64,000 bases of DNA, from the NCBI GenBank assembly GCA_963835575.1, contig CAWIGG010000002.1, positions 1,248,001 to 1,312,000 of the forward strand, written 5' to 3'. Origin of the DNA: an uncultured Spirochaetota bacterium (GTDB lineage: Bacteria; Spirochaetota; Brevinematia; Brevinematales; JAOACQ01). A program made the position numbers and the translations under genes. Positions 60,074 through 64,000 of this stretch are shown one piece after another. The notes under the pieces are model-generated. The model did not search any database and had not been told where the DNA came from. It was given only the letters and a program-made list of their open reading frames with translations. Position 1 is the stretch's first letter; every line of letters starts with the position of its first letter.

Positions 60074-61822
60074 ATGAAACACATTAAATTTTTATTAGTC
60101 ATATTATTTATCTTTATCTTTTCCGCTTCTTATTCCTATAAAGTAGATGTCACGGAACTCAGGGAAAGTAAAAAGATCGAGTTTATAAACTATGCGGGAA
60201 GACATGCCGCCGTTTACAGCCCCTCCCAGCGGAGAGGGATCGGACGGTCGCTGGCCGAAATTTCAGACAGGAACAATCAATTCTACAGCTATTTATCCTA
60301 TTCCATAATTCATGCCGTCGATAAAAACGACACAAACGGAATGGACGCCGATATATTTTCAATCCTCCGCGGAGCTAAAATCGACCATATCAACAGCATC
60401 CGCCTTATTCTGTCTTCTTATTTAAGCAGCCGCTACGGTTATTCTTCAAAAAACGCCGAGACGATCGCCGTTTTCATCACCTACTATAACGCCGTTCATA
60501 GAGGGGATACGGCCTATTTCGGCGATAAATATAAAAAGATAGTTTTAAATAACATATCCGGCGATAATGCCGGAATCTCAACACTTTATTCCGATTGGCC
60601 CGGCAGGACAAAAATGCTCATTCCCCTGACTGATGACCTTAAAAGAGGAGACGCCGGCCTTCTCGATACCAGTGAAATCTCAGGCAAAGAGGTTGTCGAT
60701 GAACTGAAGAATAAGGAAGATAAAGGCGTCAAGGAAAGAAAAGAAATCACTGAAATCAAGAAAAAGGAAATAGAAGAGTCCGGGAAAAACATTGAGGAAA
60801 AGAAAAAAGAGATCGCGGAAAAAAGTGCGGAGATAGAAAAAAAGGAAAAACAAACTGAGGTCAAGAAAAGCGAATTGGAGAAAACCAAAAAGGAATTAAC
60901 AGAAAAGGAAAAAGAACTGGAAAAGGAAAAAGAATCGGCTAAAAATATAAAGGATAAAGATGAAAAAGCGAAAAAAGAAAGTGAAATCGCCCAGAAGGAA
61001 AAAGAATTGGAAAAAGGCAAAAAAGAAGCTCAGAATAAGGAAACCCGGATAAAAAAAGAAGAAAAAGAGACCGCGCAAAATAAGGAAACCCTGAAAAAGG
61101 AAGAAGTCAAAGTCAATAAAGAAGAGCAGAAAACGGCAAAAAAGGAAGAGGAAGTCAAAAAAGAGACAGCGGAAATAAAAAAGGACGAAAAATCCGTCAT
61201 AACTGAAAAAAGCCCCGAAGAGCTCAAGAAAAAAAGCGCCGAACTGAACCAGAAAGAGCTTGAGCTCACAAAAAGAGAGGAAGAGCTGAAAAAGAGCAAG
61301 CCTGACCGCAATATCTTCGAGGGTAAGCTTTATTACCTGAAAATAATTCAATACCTGCCGGAAGGCCATTATAATAATAACCTGATGACCATCAATCCCA
61401 TCACGAAAACGGTTGATCTGACATCGCCGTTCAAGGATATCTGCGGCCATAAATTTGATGTGTTCAAGGACGGCGTTGTCGTCATCGGCTACAGCTCCGA
61501 TAATCACGCCGCCGACCACTTCCTCGTCCTTCTTGACAGCAAAACGCTGGAGCTCAAAGATCAGGGCAAAGATAATATATTCTGGCGCAGCTTTGTCGAA
61601 ATCCGCGAGGACTTCATTTACGCCATCATTTTATCCAAAGACGTTTATTATCTGGGCAAATTCAATGAGAAGCTCGAAAAAGTCGCCCAGTCCGCCGAGC
61701 CTCTCGACCCCGATACTTTTATCAGCTTTTACAGCGATTTTATTTATGTGAACGGCAAAGACAAAAAAATCCTTGTTTTGAATAAAGGCGATTTGTCTAA
61801 AAACGATATTATTAATCCATAG
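60074..61822 (+). CDS. P83/100-family spirochaete protein
   Basis: IEFINY...DADIF...DHI...FITYYNAVHRG...WPG.T.MLIPL N-terminal domain followed by a K/E-rich coiled coil. Confidence 0.8.
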   Translation: MKHIKFLLVILFIFIFSASYSYKVDVTELRESKKIEFINYAGRHAAVYSPSQRRGIGRSLAEISDRNNQFYSYLSYSIIHAVDKNDTNGMDADIFSILRGAKIDHINSIRLILSSYLSSRYGYSSKNAETIAVFITYYNAVHRGDTAYFGDKYKKIVLNNISGDNAGISTLYSDWPGRTKMLIPLTDDLKRGDAGLLDTSEISGKEVVDELKNKEDKGVKERKEITEIKKKEIEESGKNIEEKKKEIAEKSAEIEKKEKQTEVKKSELEKTKKELTEKEKELEKEKESAKNIKDKDEKAKKESEIAQKEKELEKGKKEAQNKETRIKKEEKETAQNKETLKKEEVKVNKEEQKTAKKEEEVKKETAEIKKDEKSVITEKSPEELKKKSAELNQKELELTKREEELKKSKPDRNIFEGKLYYLKIIQYLPEGHYNNNLMTINPITKTVDLTSPFKDICGHKFDVFKDGVVVIGYSSDNHAADHFLVLLDSKTLELKDQGKDNIFWRSFVEIREDFIYAIILSKDVYYLGKFNEKLEKVAQSAEPLDPDTFISFYSDFIYVNGKDKKILVLNKGDLSKNDIINP

Positions 61823-61834
61823 GGCGGAAGAAAC

Positions 61835-62788
61835 ATGGAATTCAGGGAATCGAAACTGACCGATATACCGGTATTAATTGAATTATCCCGCTCATTTGAT
61901 ACTTCCCCCTATTCTTTTGACAAAAATATATTCCGCATCACCAATTCCACTTATCCGGCTTTCGCCAAAGACATGCTTTCCAGCACTTCCGCCGTTTCGA
62001 TAATAGCGGAAGATAAAGACAAAGCCGTTGGATACATCACTTTCAGCATTAATCATCCCCTGTCACAGACACTGGGTAAAAGCATAGGCAGTATTCTCCT
62101 TCTTGCCGTACAGGAGAACTACAGGGGACGCGGCATCGGAAAAAGCCTTGTGAAAAAAGCCCTCGCATCGCTTCTTCTGAAAGGGGCCGGTCTGATAACC
62201 GTCGGCACGGATATCTATAATTATCCGGCGATCCATATTTATGAGGATTGCGGGTTTCATCTCCGCATGGGCTGGCATATTTTCAGGCATTATTTTAAGC
62301 ATGAAAGCCATATGAAACATCAGAGCGAGAAAATCAAGCCCCTGAATTTAAACGATATCGATCTATTTTTGAATGAAATAATCCGGCCTATTTCAATCCA
62401 GAAGGAAAGAGGCATCGATAATAAAAAGCTTAAAGAATACCTGTCCGAAAACGCGCGGCGGAGCCTGTTAAAAGGTAAAACCGAAGGCTATGTTTATGAA
62501 ATGAACGGCAAGCCGGCCGGATTTATCCATATCGGCAAGGACGAAATAGGGAAAAAAACGATCCAGACGGATAAGCAGGTCTATAAAATCCTGGACCTTA
62601 TCGCGTTAAAAAAATTCAAGGAAACCTGGATTGAAACGGAACTGCTGAACGACATAAAGTTCCGGCTGAAAGACTACTGCCTTCTGGAACTCTGGATGGA
62701 TGCCGAAAACTCCACCCTGATCCATGCCGCCGAAGACGCCGGATATCACCTCAGCTATACCGGCCTGGCCTTTCATTATATAAAATAA
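61835..62788 (+). CDS. GNAT-family N-acetyltransferase (tandem domain)
   Basis: AVQENYRGRGIG and NYPAIHIYEDCGF motifs. Confidence 0.8.
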   Translation: MEFRESKLTDIPVLIELSRSFDTSPYSFDKNIFRITNSTYPAFAKDMLSSTSAVSIIAEDKDKAVGYITFSINHPLSQTLGKSIGSILLLAVQENYRGRGIGKSLVKKALASLLLKGAGLITVGTDIYNYPAIHIYEDCGFHLRMGWHIFRHYFKHESHMKHQSEKIKPLNLNDIDLFLNEIIRPISIQKERGIDNKKLKEYLSENARRSLLKGKTEGYVYEMNGKPAGFIHIGKDEIGKKTIQTDKQVYKILDLIALKKFKETWIETELLNDIKFRLKDYCLLELWMDAENSTLIHAAEDAGYHLSYTGLAFHYIK

Positions 62789-62806
62789 CTAGGAAGAACG
62801 AAACGA

Positions 62807-63050
62807 AACCACAGATTGCACTGATTTCACTGATTATTTCTGTTTTTAAAAAATAATAATTGAAAAAGTCTAAAATTATTTAAAACAAAAAAAACTAAAG
62901 TTTATTGGGGCATATTATTTCATCCTCTTTATCGTTTCCAGAATACTTGAACCCATTTCTTTATGAATTTCAATTGCGCAGTAATAATTTCATATATATT
63001 CTTGGATCATTTTCCCGGATCTATCTGTGAAATCTGTGTAATCTGTGGTT
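62807..63050. repeat. Intergenic triplet-arm inverted element (244 bp)
   Basis: AACCACAGATTGCACTGATTTCACTGAT vs ATCTGTGAAATCTGTGTAATCTGTGGTT (25/28 complementary), 9-nt period. Confidence 0.8.
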
Positions 63051-63066
63051 CCAAACCGACCGGACT

Positions 63067-63471
63067 TTAATCAAGCAGCCTTTTCTGGCCTTCGATATGC
63101 ATGATCTCTTCCACATCCTGCGTGCATTCCATACAGCCGATGTATTTGCCGCTGTCGTCGCGGAGGGCGTAGAATTCTATGAGAATCTTGTGTTTTTTCG
63201 CGTCATTCCCAACTGTTAAATCTATCCAGAAGCGCGCCTTGTCCCTTGTCCCCGCTTTCATTTCATTCACTATCTGTTCAACCTTGCCCAGGCTTTCCTT
63301 CGGGTGGCACTTCCTGAAATTCAGGCCCATGGAAGTCAGCGGTCTGAAGAACAGCCGTGTTTCATGCTTATTCCATGTCACAACTTCATCGTCCGCGTCT
63401 ATCACTGTTATTTCCATCGGGACTGTCTCCAGGATCGATTTGACCATGGTCTCGCTCATTTTATCGAGCAT
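63067..63471 (-). CDS. Single PAS-domain protein (PAS_10-like)
   Basis: PMEITVIDADD, CHPKES and YALRDDSGKYIGCMECTQD motifs. Confidence 0.85.
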   Translation of the reverse strand: MLDKMSETMVKSILETVPMEITVIDADDEVVTWNKHETRLFFRPLTSMGLNFRKCHPKESLGKVEQIVNEMKAGTRDKARFWIDLTVGNDAKKHKILIEFYALRDDSGKYIGCMECTQDVEEIMHIEGQKRLLD

Positions 63472-63591
63472 AAACGCCTCCTCATACTCATCAACATTAT
63501 TGAGCGATAATTATAACTGAGCAATCACTATTTTTCAAAATATGAGGAGTTGTCTCAATATTTTCTTATTTATTCCCGTATTAAATTAACC

Positions 63592-63748
63592 GGTCTTCCG
63601 CTAAGCCACGCTAAGTCACGCTAATTTTAAATTTGATTAAAAGACTTCCGATGTTATTCGCTATTCCAAATTTATTCGCACCAATTTGTATTGATAGTGG
63701 ATTTCCATTCCTAAGTTGTTCTTCGCGTCTATTCGCGTGCATTAGCGG
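63592..63748. repeat. Intergenic triplet-arm inverted element
   Basis: CGCTAA x3 at 10-nt period mirrored by TTCGCG, TTCGCG, TTAGCG (63722, 63732, 63742). Confidence 0.7.
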
Positions 63749-63913
63749 ATTATCCGATCCCCCTCTTTGATCTCAGCATAATTCCAGGATTTCTGATATG
63801 CGGTTTTTAAAAGAATAAATCTCATAAATAAAGCCGGTATATTCATATATATTTTATAAAAACTTCCGAAAAATAGAATGAATCATGGTATAATATCAGA
63901 GGGGAGAAAAGAG

Positions 63914-64000
63914 ATGAAATATACATTATCCCTGTTCATTATTTTGTGTTTCTTTACCCAGTTTTACGGGCAGGAAACACAAAAGAAAATCTATATGAAC
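63914..64000 (+). CDS. 5' end of a secreted protein (truncated by window)
   Basis: GGGGAG RBS, then MKYTLSLFIILCFFTQFYGQ signal peptide. Confidence 0.6.
   Translation, partial: MKYTLSLFIILCFFTQFYGQETQKKIYMN

Noticed and set aside
60586..61519. Long antisense ORFs and apparent repeats in the P83/100 gene
   Set aside because: These are shadows of low-complexity Lys/Glu codons. The same applies to the many short antisense ORFs in ileS, the activase gene and nifJ.

Overview
This is a 64 kb chromosomal window from an anaerobic spirochaete-like bacterium, judged from the P83/100-family protein, tandem cNMP-binding genes, PFOR and a CoA-dehydratase activase. Most of it is housekeeping: ileS, ttcA, mazG, paaK, rarA, carA, purF, metH, ribD, dnaA, comM, a tRNA(CAT), malQ, pyrF and nifJ. 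Mobile DNA is dense in the first 18 kb: an IS256 (second, inverted copy at 47.5-48.9 kb), an IS1182 splitting an acyl-CoA ligase gene, a single-ORF IS66, a 204-bp MITE inside a hemerythrin pseudogene, and a probable IS481-like end. The most notable structure is at 70-2505: an integron-like cassette platform with no integrase in the window. It comprises a promoter, an attI-like GTT site, an AT-rich IS-interrupted cassette gene bounded by a 21-bp inverted repeat, and a long attC-like hairpin. Also notable are a family of intergenic elements whose inverted arms are 9-10-nt periodic triplet repeats, and a DnaA with an altered recognition helix flanked by non-canonical box-like motifs. All product calls come from motif recognition by eye, not database searches.
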